Source: Candidatus Brocadiia bacterium | Lineage (GTDB): Bacteria > Planctomycetota > Brocadiia > CAIUPP01 | Assembly: GCA_050015075.1 (NCBI GenBank) | Contig: JBEKCB010000003.1 | Location: forward strand, 1-64,000 | Direction: 5' to 3' | DNA length: 64,000 bases | Part shown: positions 17,573 through 27,834 of the stretch, piece after piece | Numbering within the stretch: position 1 is the first letter of the stretch | Layout of the letters: the number at the start of each line of letters is the position of its first letter | Translations under genes and position numbers: made by a program | The notes under the pieces: generated by a model | The model's input: the letters and a program-made list of their open reading frames with translations, nothing else | Database searches by the model: none | Told to the model about the DNA's origin: nothing

Positions 17573-19705
17573 GTGGACCGTATCTCGTGGCGCGCAAGCC
17601 TGCCGGCGCTGGCGGTGATCGTGCTGACCCTCGTCGCCTATTGGCCGGCGCTGAGCGGCGGCTATATCTGGGATGACGGCGAGCTGATCGTCAAGAACCC
17701 GGACGTGCGCGCCGGCGACGGGCTGCTCCGAGTCTGGTTCAACCGCCATTCGCCCGAGTACCTCCCGCTGACCTATGGCATGCACTGGCTGGAGTGGCGC
17801 ATCTTCAACGGGTCGGCGACGGGTCCGCACGTGATCAACGTTCTGCTCCACGGCCTGAGTGCTGCGCTGCTGGGGATCATCCTGCAGCGGCTGCGTGTGC
17901 CGGGCGCGTGGCTGGCCGCGCTGCTCTTCGCCCTTCACCCCGTGGCGGTCGCCTCCGCCGCCTGGCTTTCCGAGCGCAAGAACACGCTCTCGATGGTCTT
18001 CTACCTCGGAAGCATCCTGGCGTATGTGCGCTTTGATGACCTCAGCTCTCACCACGACGACACAACGAACGCGACGAACGGCCATCCGCAATCCGCATTC
18101 CGCAATCCGCATTATTTACTTTCTCTTGGCCTGTTCCTCCCGGCCCTCCTCTCAAAGACCTCGGTCGTGATGCTGCCGATGGTCCTGTTGTTGCTGGCGT
18201 GGTGGCGGCAGGGAAAGGTGCGCGGGCGGGACCTGGCGCGGATGGCTCCATTCTTCGCGCTGTCGCTGGCGCTGGGGCTGGTGACGGTTTGGTTCCAGTG
18301 GCATGCCGCTATCGGAGGCGCGCATGAGGTCGTTCGGCCGGAGGGCGCGGCCTCGCGCATCGCCGCGGCCGGCTGGATCGTGTGGTTCTACCTCTGCAAG
18401 ATCCTGCTGCCGGTGAAACTATGCGCCATTTACGAGCGATGGGACGTGGACGGAGCGCGCTTGCTGTCGTTCGTCCCGCTCGCGCTGCTGGCGGCGGCGA
18501 CGGCGCTGCTTTGGAAAGAGCGAAAACGCTGGGGCGCGGGTCCGCTGGCCGCGTGGGGTTGCTTCCTGGTCTCGCTCCTGCCGGTGCTGGGATTTGTGGA
18601 CATGTCGTTCATGCACCTGTCGCTGGTGGCGGACCATTTTCAGTACGTGGCGATGCCGGCGATCCTGGCGCTGGCGGCGGCGATTCTGGCACGCGCGAGG
18701 GCGGGCGCAGGCCGGGCGGCGACCGTGGCCGTGGCGATCTGCCTTGCAGCGATGGCCGCGCTCACGTTCCAGCGCAGTGCGGAGTACTGCGACGACGTGG
18801 CGCTTTGGAGACAGTCCGTGCGCTGCGCCCCCCTAAACGCCCGGGCGTACGGCAACCTGGGCGTGGCGTACACCAGGGCAGGCGCCCCGGAAGAGGCGAT
18901 CCGCTGCCTGGATAAGGCGCTGGAGCTCGACCCGCAGTATGTCATCGCGTGGCGCAACCGAGCCGAGGCCCGCTCGATGGCCGGGCAGTACGCCGATGCG
19001 ATCCGCGACTGCGATCGGGCCATCGCGCTCAAGTCCGATTTCGCCGACGCGTGGTTTACCCGGGGCAACGCCTGCGCCAGGGCCGGCCGCACCGAAGAGG
19101 CCCTGCGCGACCTCGACCAGGCGATCGCGCTCAAGTCCGATTCCGCCGAGGCGTACGTCAGTCGCGGCAAAATCCACGCGGCCGCGGGCCGTTACGCCGA
19201 AGCGATCAGCGACTTCGATCGCGCAGTCGCCCTTGATCCCGATGACGCCGAAGCGTGGTTCAACCGAGGCACCGCCTATGCCGGCGCCGGCCGCACCGAA
19301 GAGGCCCTGCGCAATCTGAGCCGGGCCATTGCGCTCAGGCCCGGCGACGCCGACGCGCACTACAATCGCGGCAACATCCACCTGGACGCCGGCCGCCTGC
19401 CCGAGGCGATCCGCGACTACGACGAGGCCATCGCGCTCAGGCCCGATTACGCTGATGCCTGGTACAATCGCGCCAACGCTTACGCGGCTGCCGGCCGGCC
19501 GGCGGAAGCGATCCGCGACTACAGCCGGGCGATCGGTCTGCGGCCGCAGGACCCGGACGCCTATTACAACCGCGCCATTCTCCTCAGGCGCATGAAGCAG
19601 GACCGCGAGGCGCTCGCGGACTTCCAGAGGGTCCGGAATCTCGGCAGGACCGTCCCGGAGGAACTCCTGCGCCCCGTCGGCCCCTCTGCGCAACCGACCC
19701 GCTGA
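17573..19705 (+). CDS. TMTC-like GT-C membrane glycosyltransferase with C-terminal TPRs
   Basis: YIWDD, HVINVLLH, LHPVAVASAAWLSERKN, SK and ADHFQY motifs; about 8 TPR repeats. Confidence 0.88.
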   Translation: MDRISWRASLPALAVIVLTLVAYWPALSGGYIWDDGELIVKNPDVRAGDGLLRVWFNRHSPEYLPLTYGMHWLEWRIFNGSATGPHVINVLLHGLSAALLGIILQRLRVPGAWLAALLFALHPVAVASAAWLSERKNTLSMVFYLGSILAYVRFDDLSSHHDDTTNATNGHPQSAFRNPHYLLSLGLFLPALLSKTSVVMLPMVLLLLAWWRQGKVRGRDLARMAPFFALSLALGLVTVWFQWHAAIGGAHEVVRPEGAASRIAAAGWIVWFYLCKILLPVKLCAIYERWDVDGARLLSFVPLALLAAATALLWKERKRWGAGPLAAWGCFLVSLLPVLGFVDMSFMHLSLVADHFQYVAMPAILALAAAILARARAGAGRAATVAVAICLAAMAALTFQRSAEYCDDVALWRQSVRCAPLNARAYGNLGVAYTRAGAPEEAIRCLDKALELDPQYVIAWRNRAEARSMAGQYADAIRDCDRAIALKSDFADAWFTRGNACARAGRTEEALRDLDQAIALKSDSAEAYVSRGKIHAAAGRYAEAISDFDRAVALDPDDAEAWFNRGTAYAGAGRTEEALRNLSRAIALRPGDADAHYNRGNIHLDAGRLPEAIRDYDEAIALRPDYADAWYNRANAYAAAGRPAEAIRDYSRAIGLRPQDPDAYYNRAILLRRMKQDREALADFQRVRNLGRTVPEELLRPVGPSAQPTR
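18084..18111. repeat. Heptamer tandem repeat (WTCCGCA)x4 inside the TMTC-like gene
   Basis: ATCCGCA ATCCGCA TTCCGCA ATCCGCA, encoding HPQSAFRNPH in a loop. Confidence 0.85.
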
Positions 19706-19706
19706 T

Positions 19707-20618
19707 TCAACGGAGCCTCATCCGGACGATCTGCCGCACGCGGCCGGCATGCTCGGCCCATTGGCACAGCTCCCGGACGCGCTGGTCGCTGCGCCGGGCG
19801 ACGACGATATGGCCCAGGTGCGCGGCGGACCGGCGCGCAAAGTGGAACAGCGTGCGCGGCAGGGACTCGGGAAACTCCTTGAAAAGCGGCTGGCTCAGTC
19901 CGCTGCGATAGCACCGGCGCAGCAGCGCCCTGCGCGTGGCCCGGGCCGGCGGAATCTGGTGCAGGACCAGCGCGTCCGGAGAGTAGGTCACCGGAATCCC
20001 CGCCGCCGTCATGCGTTGGCTGAACTCGGTATCCTCACCGAAGCCGCTTGCCCCGGCGCCGAGGTCGCAGCGGAACGGCCCCAACTGTTCGCAGACGCGG
20101 CGCGTCGCGCCGAAATTCGCGCCCAGGAGGTTGCCCTCGTACCGCCCTTCCGGCCCGTCCTTGTCCAGGTGCGTCAGGTAGGCCAGCAAGTCGTCCGCCA
20201 GATACCGCGGCCGAGCGCCTTCCAACTGCACGCGGATGCGCCCCTGCACGACCGGACGCCCCTGGCGGAAAAGCCTTTCGTACGCCGCCAGCCAACGCGG
20301 TGCCGCGAGCGCATCGTCGTCCAGGAAGATGATGAACCGGCCGGCGGCCTGTCCAATGCCGGCGTTGCGCGCGCGCGAAAGGCCGGGCTGCGGCTCCGCG
20401 ACGACCTTCAACGGGAGCCTCCGGCGAGCCAGTTCCTCCGCCAGCACCTGCGGCGTCGCGTCGGTCGAAGCGTTGTCCACCACGACCAGTTCCGCGTTCA
20501 AGGCGCGGAACTCCTGCGCGGCCAGCGCGTCCAGGCAGCGCCGGATCGCCGCCGCGCGGTTGCGCGTGGCAACGATGACCGAAAGACCGGGCGGCTGCAT
20601 CGCAGGTTCTACAGGCAT
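19707..20618 (-). CDS. Glycosyltransferase family 2
   Basis: SVIVATRNR, VVVDNASTD, GLSRARNAG, FLDDD and GEDTE motifs. Confidence 0.92.
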   Translation of the reverse strand: MPVEPAMQPPGLSVIVATRNRAAAIRRCLDALAAQEFRALNAELVVVDNASTDATPQVLAEELARRRLPLKVVAEPQPGLSRARNAGIGQAAGRFIIFLDDDALAAPRWLAAYERLFRQGRPVVQGRIRVQLEGARPRYLADDLLAYLTHLDKDGPEGRYEGNLLGANFGATRRVCEQLGPFRCDLGAGASGFGEDTEFSQRMTAAGIPVTYSPDALVLHQIPPARATRRALLRRCYRSGLSQPLFKEFPESLPRTLFHFARRSAAHLGHIVVARRSDQRVRELCQWAEHAGRVRQIVRMRLR

Positions 20619-21460
20619 GTCCAGCTCGCCGGGACGATGTCAGACGAGTCCCGCTTCGGATCCGCGAACCATCGGCGCGGCGCGATCACAATCTTCCCCG
20701 GGTGTTCGCAGAGCCACGCGCCCCACCAACTGAAGGTGCTGTTGGCGATGATGTGATGCTTGCACCGGCGCATCAGCCGCAGGTCTTCCTCGGGGCGGCC
20801 CGCGCCGTTGTGGCCGACGAAAACCGCCGGTTGGAGCGCGAGGTGTTCTTTCGTCCACGCCGGATCGTCGGAGAAGACGTAGTAGCGCGGCGCGCGGACG
20901 GCCTTCGCGATGCTCTCCGCCGCGCCCTGATAATACTCCGGGTCGCAGACGTGGAAGCCCGGCTCGGTCAGGAAATCGCCGCGCCGCACGTGGACGCTGA
21001 CGGCCTCGCAGTCCTCGATCTCGCGCAGGAGGCGAAGGCTCTCGGCCTGCGGCTCGCTCTTGAGAGCGAACTCGCTGCGCACCGGGTCGGCGCAGTCGGC
21101 GAAGTAGCGTTCGCATTGCCAGTAACCGAGCAGGTACACGTTCCCGCGGGCGGCGGCCACTTCCGGTTGAAAATGCAGCGCCTCTTCGGAGAACGTCCGG
21201 AACCGGCGCGAGGGCGCCAGGGCCGTCAACGCCCGCGCGATGCGCCCGCCGTGGGCGAGCTTCATCTCCAGCGCGCCGGCCTCCGAAGCGGCGATCCGGA
21301 ACCGGTCGAGCAGGTACGGCCGTCGCTCGGCGTAAGAGCGGTCCCGGTAACCGGTCAGGTCGAGCTTGAGCGGCGCGCCGTTGCGCAACGACAGCGCGCG
21401 CCCGCAGGCATATTCAAAGAGCTGGTTGCCCAGTCCACCGCGCAGGCGGACGATGATCAT
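20609..21460 (-). CDS. Alpha-1,2-fucosyltransferase (GT11)
   Basis: GGLGNQLFEYA, GYWQ, SVHVRRGDF, VFSDD and IIANSTFSWWGAWL motifs; ATGA overlap with the upstream gene. Confidence 0.93.
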   Translation of the reverse strand: MIIVRLRGGLGNQLFEYACGRALSLRNGAPLKLDLTGYRDRSYAERRPYLLDRFRIAASEAGALEMKLAHGGRIARALTALAPSRRFRTFSEEALHFQPEVAAARGNVYLLGYWQCERYFADCADPVRSEFALKSEPQAESLRLLREIEDCEAVSVHVRRGDFLTEPGFHVCDPEYYQGAAESIAKAVRAPRYYVFSDDPAWTKEHLALQPAVFVGHNGAGRPEEDLRLMRRCKHHIIANSTFSWWGAWLCEHPGKIVIAPRRWFADPKRDSSDIVPASWTCL

Positions 21461-22359
21461 GGCGTTCTCCCCGGCCGTCGCCATAGCCGGCCCAACCGAT
21501 ACCGTGCCGAGTCAACGCACCGCACGGCAAATCCACGGATCGTTCCGGGCGGCGAATGGCGCCTGATCCAGCGCGGCAGGATCAGACGGGCAGCCCGGCT
21601 CAGCGGAATGCCCAGGCTCTTTGCAGACAGGCGGGGATTTTGGAAATGACGATAGGGAATCACCAGCGAGCGGTTCGCCAGCAGCAGGTGCTCCTTCTCC
21701 GTCATCGGAAGATGCGCCAGGTAGTCTTCGTAGGCCTCGACATCGCTGACTTCATGGAGCCCGGCGGCCTTGAGGACGTCGGCGCGCACATAAAACGCAT
21801 TGGCGGTGTAAACGGCGAGGGCGTATCCCATTTCCCTGGCGGCGCGCGTGAACACCCCCAACGGCTGTCCCACGTTGCCCGCGGCGATCTCGTCCGGAAT
21901 GGTTGTCTGCTGCTCGGGCGGATGGCAGGCGCTGACCTCCACGCACACGACGCGGGGGCGGCATTTGATGGTCCGGAAGATCTCATAGTCCATTCCGTCA
22001 ATGTCGATGCTGAGGAAATCCATTTCCGTGGGGAAACCGCACTCCGCACAGATCGCCGCCAGGGAATTGGCCCCGGTGTCCACGTATCGCTGGACGCAAG
22101 TGACCCGCGGCGTCTGGGCATACGTCTTCTTCAGTTGCCGGAACTTCTCCTCGTCGCCCTCAATCATGAGACAGGACCAGCCTTGCAGAATAAGCTGTCG
22201 CGTATTGCTGAAAACAATCCCGTCCCACGCGCCGAATTCGCAACAGGTGCGGTTCGTGACGCCGATCACTTCGAAGAGGCGTTTGATGACGCCGTCTTCG
22301 CCGTTCTGCGAGAAGACGCTGCTCTTGTAATCCAGGAGGCTGTTACTCGCCGGAATCAC
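21457..22359 (-). CDS. FkbM-like SAM-dependent methyltransferase
   Basis: SQNGEDGVI, EFGAWDG..SNT, FLSIDIDGMDY and PRVVCVE motifs. Confidence 0.8.
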   Translation of the reverse strand: MIPASNSLLDYKSSVFSQNGEDGVIKRLFEVIGVTNRTCCEFGAWDGIVFSNTRQLILQGWSCLMIEGDEEKFRQLKKTYAQTPRVTCVQRYVDTGANSLAAICAECGFPTEMDFLSIDIDGMDYEIFRTIKCRPRVVCVEVSACHPPEQQTTIPDEIAAGNVGQPLGVFTRAAREMGYALAVYTANAFYVRADVLKAAGLHEVSDVEAYEDYLAHLPMTEKEHLLLANRSLVIPYRHFQNPRLSAKSLGIPLSRAARLILPRWIRRHSPPGTIRGFAVRCVDSARYRLGRLWRRPGRTP

Positions 22360-22403
22360 TTCTCATGATCCTCATAAATGCGTGCTCAACACGTTGGGCC
22401 TGG

Positions 22404-23579
22404 TCACGGTTCGCGCCTCTCCAGGACGGACTGGTAGAACGCCAGGGATTCGCGCGCCATGCGCTCGACGGTAAAGCGTTCCAGGAACCGCTCATAGCCG
22501 GCCTGGCCCATCCTCGCGCAGCGTGTCGGGTCCGCCGCCAGGGAGAGAATCGCCTCCGCGAGCGCGCGTTCGTCATCGGGTTTCACCAGCAGTCCTGTCC
22601 GGCCGTCCAGGACAATCTCCGGCACTCCGCCGACCGGGCAGCCGATCGTCGCGCGCCCGAAGGCCATCGCCTCGACATACATCATCCCGAAGGACTCGTA
22701 ATGCGAGGGCGCAACCATCATGTGGCAGCGGCGCAGCAGTTCCTTCTTCCGGTCCTCGGTGATTCCGGAATGGAACTTCACGCGGTCCAGCAGATCGGGC
22801 CGGCTCTTTCGGAAATCGGCCCCGAAGGTCCAGGGCGGCACGTCGCGCGCGACGATGTCGAACCGCACGCGCGGGTCGCGCGCGAGGACCGCCGGTATCG
22901 CCGCCAGCAGCGCGCGCGCGCCCTTCGAAGGTTGCAGTCGCGAGAGCACCAGCACCCGCACTTCGTCGTTCATGTCGGACGGCGCGCTCAGGATTCCATA
23001 ATCGGCGGGCAGGCCGGGATGAACGACTTGCGGGCGGAGACTCTCCGGCAGTGTGAAGCAACGCCGGGCATCCTCGAGAACCGCGTGCGTATTGGCGATG
23101 AGTCCGTGCGCGCACTTCAGGAGTGCCTCTTCGACCGCGCAGACAGCGAGCCGCTCGCCCTCCAATTTCCATCCGTCGTTCACCTGCCACAGGGCGGTCG
23201 GCGTGCTCATCCGCGCCACCACCGGATGCTTGCCGGCGCGCGCCGCCATCAGGCCGTGCATGGCCTCGGGCACGTTGTTCGGCGTCTCGATGAGGTCAAT
23301 TCCCCATCGCCGGTCAATCTCCTGCGCCGCCTGCCAGAGGGGCATGCTCCAGGCCAGGGCGTCGCCCAGTATGCCCGTGCCGAAGGGAGCGCGCTCGGGG
23401 AACGGCAGGTAGTGAACGAAATGGCCCGGCGCGATCCGCCGCGACAGGGCCTCGCCGGAGGTCACGACGTGCGCGACGTGGCCCATGCGGCTGAAGGCGC
23501 GAGCCAGGTAGTCCGTATAGACTCCGACCCCGCCATAGCTGAACGGCGGATGCCGGACGGTGCTCAGCAGAATCCTCAT
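22404..23579 (-). CDS. Glycosyltransferase family 4
   Basis: Start MRILLST at 23579; GGVGVY, SRLQPSKG and PSHYESFGMMYVEAMAFG motifs. Confidence 0.9.
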   Translation of the reverse strand: MRILLSTVRHPPFSYGGVGVYTDYLARAFSRMGHVAHVVTSGEALSRRIAPGHFVHYLPFPERAPFGTGILGDALAWSMPLWQAAQEIDRRWGIDLIETPNNVPEAMHGLMAARAGKHPVVARMSTPTALWQVNDGWKLEGERLAVCAVEEALLKCAHGLIANTHAVLEDARRCFTLPESLRPQVVHPGLPADYGILSAPSDMNDEVRVLVLSRLQPSKGARALLAAIPAVLARDPRVRFDIVARDVPPWTFGADFRKSRPDLLDRVKFHSGITEDRKKELLRRCHMMVAPSHYESFGMMYVEAMAFGRATIGCPVGGVPEIVLDGRTGLLVKPDDERALAEAILSLAADPTRCARMGQAGYERFLERFTVERMARESLAFYQSVLERREP

Positions 23580-23962
23580 TCGCGCGCCTCCGGCGCCGGA
23601 TATCGGGCTGCCACCATCGCCCGCAGGAGCTGCGCCTCGGCCCGCAACGCCGCCAGGGTCGCCGCGTTCATCCGCACCTGGTGTTCCAGCGTCGGGCGCA
23701 TGATTCGGCGGACGATGCGCTGCAGAAAAAGAAACCGCCCCGCGTGCGCCGCGGCCAACGGGTTCGCCAGGCGCTCCGCCTCGCGCAAACGCATCTCCAG
23801 CGCGTCGCACAGGGCCAGCAACGGCCCGGCCTTCTCCGCGTCCGCCAGCGGCGGCAGCCGGAACGGGCGGCGCGCGATCTCCTCGCGCGCCTGGCTCAGC
23901 CGCTCTTCCACCTCGCGGCGGGCCTTGAGCATCTCGTCCTCGTCCCACATCGGTTCGCTCAC
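23576..23962 (-). CDS. Hypothetical helical/coiled-coil protein of the glycan locus
   Basis: Overlaps both neighbours by 4 bp. RRIMRPTLEHQVRMNAA resembles segments seen in ABC-dependent O-antigen locus proteins. Confidence 0.65.
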   Translation of the reverse strand: MSEPMWDEDEMLKARREVEERLSQAREEIARRPFRLPPLADAEKAGPLLALCDALEMRLREAERLANPLAAAHAGRFLFLQRIVRRIMRPTLEHQVRMNAATLAALRAEAQLLRAMVAARYPAPEARE

Positions 23963-25197
23963 GGACGATCCTCCTGCGCCACGCGCCGGTAGACCGCGAA
24001 GGTCTCCCGCGCCATGCGCTCCCAGGAAAACTGCGCCGCGCGCGCCAGGCCCTTCGCCCGAAGGTCCCGCCGCAGCGGCTCATCCCGCAGCAGCGCCCGC
24101 AGCCGCTCCGCCAGCGCGTTCGCGTCCAGCGGGTCAACCAATATCGCCGCATCGCCGCAGACTTCCGGCAGCGATGTCGTGTTGCTCGTGATCACCGGGC
24201 AGCCGCACGCCATGGCCTCCAGCACCGGCAGCCCGAAGCCCTCGGCCAGCGACGGCAGGACGAAGAGCGTCGCCGCGCTCATCAGGCCGGCCAGCATCTC
24301 ATCCTCGATTCCGGTCAGACGCACTATGTCCCGCCCGGCCAGATCCGGGTCGGGGCCGTACGGATTTTTCCCGATCACCATGAGCCGGTGCGGGGCCGCG
24401 GACCGCACCGCCGCGCTCGCCTCCAGGAGCGTGCGCAGGTTCTTGCGCGGGTCGAGCGTCCCGACGAACAGGACGAACGGCTCCTCCGGGCCCAGGCCCG
24501 CCGCCGCGCGGCAGGCGGCCTGGTGGCCGGGATCGCGCGGGCGAAAGGCCGGCGCGCAGGCCTCCGGCGTCGCCGTCACGCGCTCCGGGGCCAGGCCGCG
24601 AGCGATCAACTGGCCCCGGACAAACTCGGAAACCGTGATCACCGCCTGGCAGCGCCGGCGGGCGAAGTCCAACTGCGCGCGCATCCGCCGCCCGTCCGAC
24701 GCCGGCACCCACTCCGGGTTCGTCAACGGAATGATATCGTGGATCGTGATCACGTTCCCGCGCCGGCGCCACGGGTAGCTCGGGCAGAGCATGACATGCA
24801 TGACCTGCGCCCGGCCGGGCTCCGGCGGGCAGCGCCGGCGCTTGAGCGCGCGCGCCCAGGGCGAAGCGCCCTCGTTGACCGCTGCGCACAGCCTTTGCAC
24901 GAGCGGGTCGAAGGGCCGCAGCATCGGGCCGACGCGCCAGCGGCGCGCCTTGCGCGTCGCCGACGGGGCATAGACCGGCAGCCGGCCCGAGCAGGCGCGC
25001 AGCGGCGCCGCCGGGAACATCGCGCGCAGCGTGGCCCATTCCTCCTCGTTCACCATCTCAGGCGGCCGGTCCAGGAATACCTCCACGCGCGCCTCCGGCG
25101 CGGCCTTCGGCAGCCACGCCGCCAGTTCGACCATGTAGCGCCCGATGCCCGTGCGCGCACCTATCCACTGCGCGCCGATGTCCAGGCCGACGATCAT
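23959..25197 (-). CDS. Glycosyltransferase family 4 (mannosyltransferase-like)
   Basis: Start MIVGLDIG; TGIGRY, TIHDIIP, VGTLDPRKN and EGFGLPVLEAMACG motifs. Confidence 0.92.
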   Translation of the reverse strand: MIVGLDIGAQWIGARTGIGRYMVELAAWLPKAAPEARVEVFLDRPPEMVNEEEWATLRAMFPAAPLRACSGRLPVYAPSATRKARRWRVGPMLRPFDPLVQRLCAAVNEGASPWARALKRRRCPPEPGRAQVMHVMLCPSYPWRRRGNVITIHDIIPLTNPEWVPASDGRRMRAQLDFARRRCQAVITVSEFVRGQLIARGLAPERVTATPEACAPAFRPRDPGHQAACRAAAGLGPEEPFVLFVGTLDPRKNLRTLLEASAAVRSAAPHRLMVIGKNPYGPDPDLAGRDIVRLTGIEDEMLAGLMSAATLFVLPSLAEGFGLPVLEAMACGCPVITSNTTSLPEVCGDAAILVDPLDANALAERLRALLRDEPLRRDLRAKGLARAAQFSWERMARETFAVYRRVAQEDRP

Positions 25198-26468
25198 GAA
25201 TGTCTCCCGCTCGGCGCGACGCGGGCGTAAACGTTCAGCGTCTCGCGCGCGACCCGGTCCCATGAAAAGAGCCGCGCGCGCGCCAGGCCCCGCTCACGCA
25301 GCGAAGCCCGCAGCTCCGGCCGCGTGATGACCGCCTGCATCGCCTGCGCCAGCGCCGGCTCGTCCCTCGGGTCCACCTGGATCGCCGCGTCGCCCACCAC
25401 CTCCGGAAGCGAGGAGTTGTTCGAGGTGATCACGGGGCAGCCGCAGGCCATCGCCTCCAGCGGCGGCAGGCCGAACCCTTCGTAGAAGGAGGGATAGACC
25501 AGCGCCAGCGCCGCGTTCATCAGCGCCGCCAGGGCCGCGTCATCGGGCGCATCGAGGTGGCGCGCTTCGTTCGCCAGGCCCAGGCGCTCGATCTCCTGGA
25601 AGATCGGCTCGTAACCCCATCCCTTCGTGCCCGCCAGCACGAGCAGCGGCGCGGACTCGGGCGACTGGCTCCGCAGCCGCGCATACGCTCGAATCAGGCC
25701 CGGGACATTCTTTCGCGGTTCCAGGGTGCCGGCGTACAGCAGGAACGGGCGGTCCGCCAGGCCCAGCGGCGCCAGCCGCTCCCGCACGCGCGCCGGGTCG
25801 GGCGCCGGTGCGAAGACTTCGTCGGCGGCCAAGGGGACCACATGGATTCGATCCAGCGGCACGCGCATTCGCCGGTGGAGGTCCTGCCGCGTGTTTTCGG
25901 AGATGGCGATCACCGCGGCGCAGCGCCGCGCAAAGCGAAAGGTCGGCCGGAGGGCCGCGCGAACTTCCTCCGGGAGCCATTGCGGGAAGAGCAGCGGCAC
26001 GAGATCGTAAATCGTCGCCAGGCTCGGCCCGCGCCGGAACGGATAGTGAACGTACACCAGATGATGCAAGACGTCCGGCGCCTCGACCGCCCTCGCCTCC
26101 GCACAGGCCCTGCGGAGCGGGCTGACCCACGGAGCGGTGGAGCGGTTGAAACGCCGATAAAGCCGCCGGAGCACGCCGTCCACCGGCGCAAGCGCGCCGG
26201 AGAGCCGCAGACGCCGGGCCGTGTTCAGCTCTCCCGGAAAATGTGGGACCAGGCCGTCGAAGAGCACATGAACCGGCACGCCGGGCAGCAGTTGCGCCAG
26301 GCTCGGCAACGTGTCCTTCTCCGCCCATCCCGGCGGGCGGCACAGGTAGAGAGACAGCTCGTGCGGCCCCGCGTTCCGGTGAAGCGCGCAGAGCAGGTTC
26401 CGGGTGTACCGCTCGATGCCCGAGTTGCGCGCCGGCGAGAACTCCGGGATGTCGAGGCCGATCTTCAT
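25194..26468 (-). CDS. Glycosyltransferase family 4 (mannosyltransferase-like)
   Basis: [21 protein letters not shown] and [18 protein letters not shown] motifs. Confidence 0.93.
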   Translation of the reverse strand: MKIGLDIPEFSPARNSGIERYTRNLLCALHRNAGPHELSLYLCRPPGWAEKDTLPSLAQLLPGVPVHVLFDGLVPHFPGELNTARRLRLSGALAPVDGVLRRLYRRFNRSTAPWVSPLRRACAEARAVEAPDVLHHLVYVHYPFRRGPSLATIYDLVPLLFPQWLPEEVRAALRPTFRFARRCAAVIAISENTRQDLHRRMRVPLDRIHVVPLAADEVFAPAPDPARVRERLAPLGLADRPFLLYAGTLEPRKNVPGLIRAYARLRSQSPESAPLLVLAGTKGWGYEPIFQEIERLGLANEARHLDAPDDAALAALMNAALALVYPSFYEGFGLPPLEAMACGCPVITSNNSSLPEVVGDAAIQVDPRDEPALAQAMQAVITRPELRASLRERGLARARLFSWDRVARETLNVYARVAPSGRHS

Positions 26469-26517
26469 TCGTTCAGTGATCCCGCTTCACCCGCCTGCGC
26501 CCGCTCGCTTGACCGCG

Positions 26518-26829
26518 TCATTCGCGGCGTTCCGACGGGCGCGCCATTTCCTTCTCCAGGCTGAGCAGAAAATCGTTGCATGCCTCTCGCACATCGGCGG
26601 CATTCGGCGGGTCGCTCGCGGCCCACTTCTTGCGAAGTTCGTCAACGCGCCGTCTCACGCCATCCTTCATGAGGCTCGGGAGCTGGCTGGAGAGCACGTC
26701 CATCTGCCTTTTCAGACGCTCCGACCGCTCGTCGAAACCCAGGAAATATCGCCGATGCCTGAAAAGGACCCAACTCTGCAAGGCGACGAGAAGCGTGAGC
26801 ACCGAAACCCACACGTAAAGTAGCCACAC
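26518..26829 (-). CDS. Small hypothetical protein with N-terminal TM helix
   Basis: AAGGAGG RBS before GTG; hydrophobic N-terminus followed by a charged helix; co-oriented within the operon. Confidence 0.6.
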   Translation of the reverse strand: MWLLYVWVSVLTLLVALQSWVLFRHRRYFLGFDERSERLKRQMDVLSSQLPSLMKDGVRRRVDELRKKWAASDPPNAADVREACNDFLLSLEKEMARPSERRE

Positions 26830-26844
26830 GAAAGGGCCTCCTTG

Positions 26845-27834
26845 TCAGGGCAGAACTCTCCAACCCTCTTCATTGCGCCCAAAATCAATGATCTCCGTCA
26901 GCGGAGTCTTGTCATGTTCTTCCAGAATTTTCCGCCGCCGAATCGCATGCGGGTAGAATTCCAGGGCGTCCAGAAAACCTTCATACGACCAGCGGCCATG
27001 CAGGAAGATGTCCGTGAGGCGCGGCAGTTGCCGGTCAACAACCACCGCCGGCGGAAGGTGCTTCCAATTCAGCAGGAAAATATTTCGCCAGCCCACCCGC
27101 TCGACATAATCGCGCGAATGCCGCGTCATGATCGTGGCCTGGTGCCTGTGGTGAACGACGGCCCCCGCGTCGTGGAGGACGCGCCAGCCGCGCCGCCGGG
27201 CTCGAAGCGATAAGTCCACGTCCTCCCAGTAGAAGGGGCTGAAGATCTCGTCGAACCCGCCGAGCGTTTCAAACATCGTCCGCCGGATCATCGAGAAACC
27301 GCCGCTGACATGGAACGTGTCCTGCACTCCATCCGGAGGCGGCGTCGGCGGTTGGCGATACTGGCTGGCCAGGATCAGGCCGTTTTGCCAGAAGCCTCGC
27401 GTCGGCATTTCGTTGAAGGACACGCCGTTCTTCGTGATGAGGGCGCTGGGGGAAACGGCGAAAACGTCAGGGACCGTGAAATGCCGCGCCAGCCTGGGCA
27501 TGAGTCCGGGCGTGACCAGCACGTCGTTATTCAGGAGGAACAGAAGCTCGTGGCGGGCCTGCCGCGCGGCCTGGTTGCAGTTGGCGGCGAAGCCTCGGGC
27601 CGCAGGGTTCCGGCAGAACCGCACCCTTTCACCGAGGCCCGCGGCGTACGCCGCGCTCCCGTCGGCGCTGCCATCGTCCGCAATGAGGATTTCGCTCCCC
27701 GGACTGTTCTGCGCGAGGTCCTTGAGGAGCGGCGGCAGGCACTGCTGAAGCAACGGCAGGCCGTCCAGCGTCGGGACGATGACGGAGATCGGCGGGAACG
27801 GTGCGACGGAGCCGTCCTCATGGCGTGCGCTCAT
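26845..27834 (-). CDS. Glycosyltransferase family 2 (rhamnosyltransferase-like)
   Basis: ADDGSADGS, GFAANCN, LLNNDV and GGFDEIFSPFYWEDVDLSLRA motifs. Confidence 0.9.
   Translation of the reverse strand: MSARHEDGSVAPFPPISVIVPTLDGLPLLQQCLPPLLKDLAQNSPGSEILIADDGSADGSAAYAAGLGERVRFCRNPAARGFAANCNQAARQARHELLFLLNNDVLVTPGLMPRLARHFTVPDVFAVSPSALITKNGVSFNEMPTRGFWQNGLILASQYRQPPTPPPDGVQDTFHVSGGFSMIRRTMFETLGGFDEIFSPFYWEDVDLSLRARRRGWRVLHDAGAVVHHRHQATIMTRHSRDYVERVGWRNIFLLNWKHLPPAVVVDRQLPRLTDIFLHGRWSYEGFLDALEFYPHAIRRRKILEEHDKTPLTEIIDFGRNEEGWRVLP

Noticed and set aside
22365-24191. 608-aa plus-strand ORF, and the extended 5' portions of the GT4, wzt and wzm ORFs in the track
   Set aside because: Antisense shadow. 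The N-terminal extensions overlap upstream genes in another frame, and true starts are supported by 1-4 bp stop/start overlaps.
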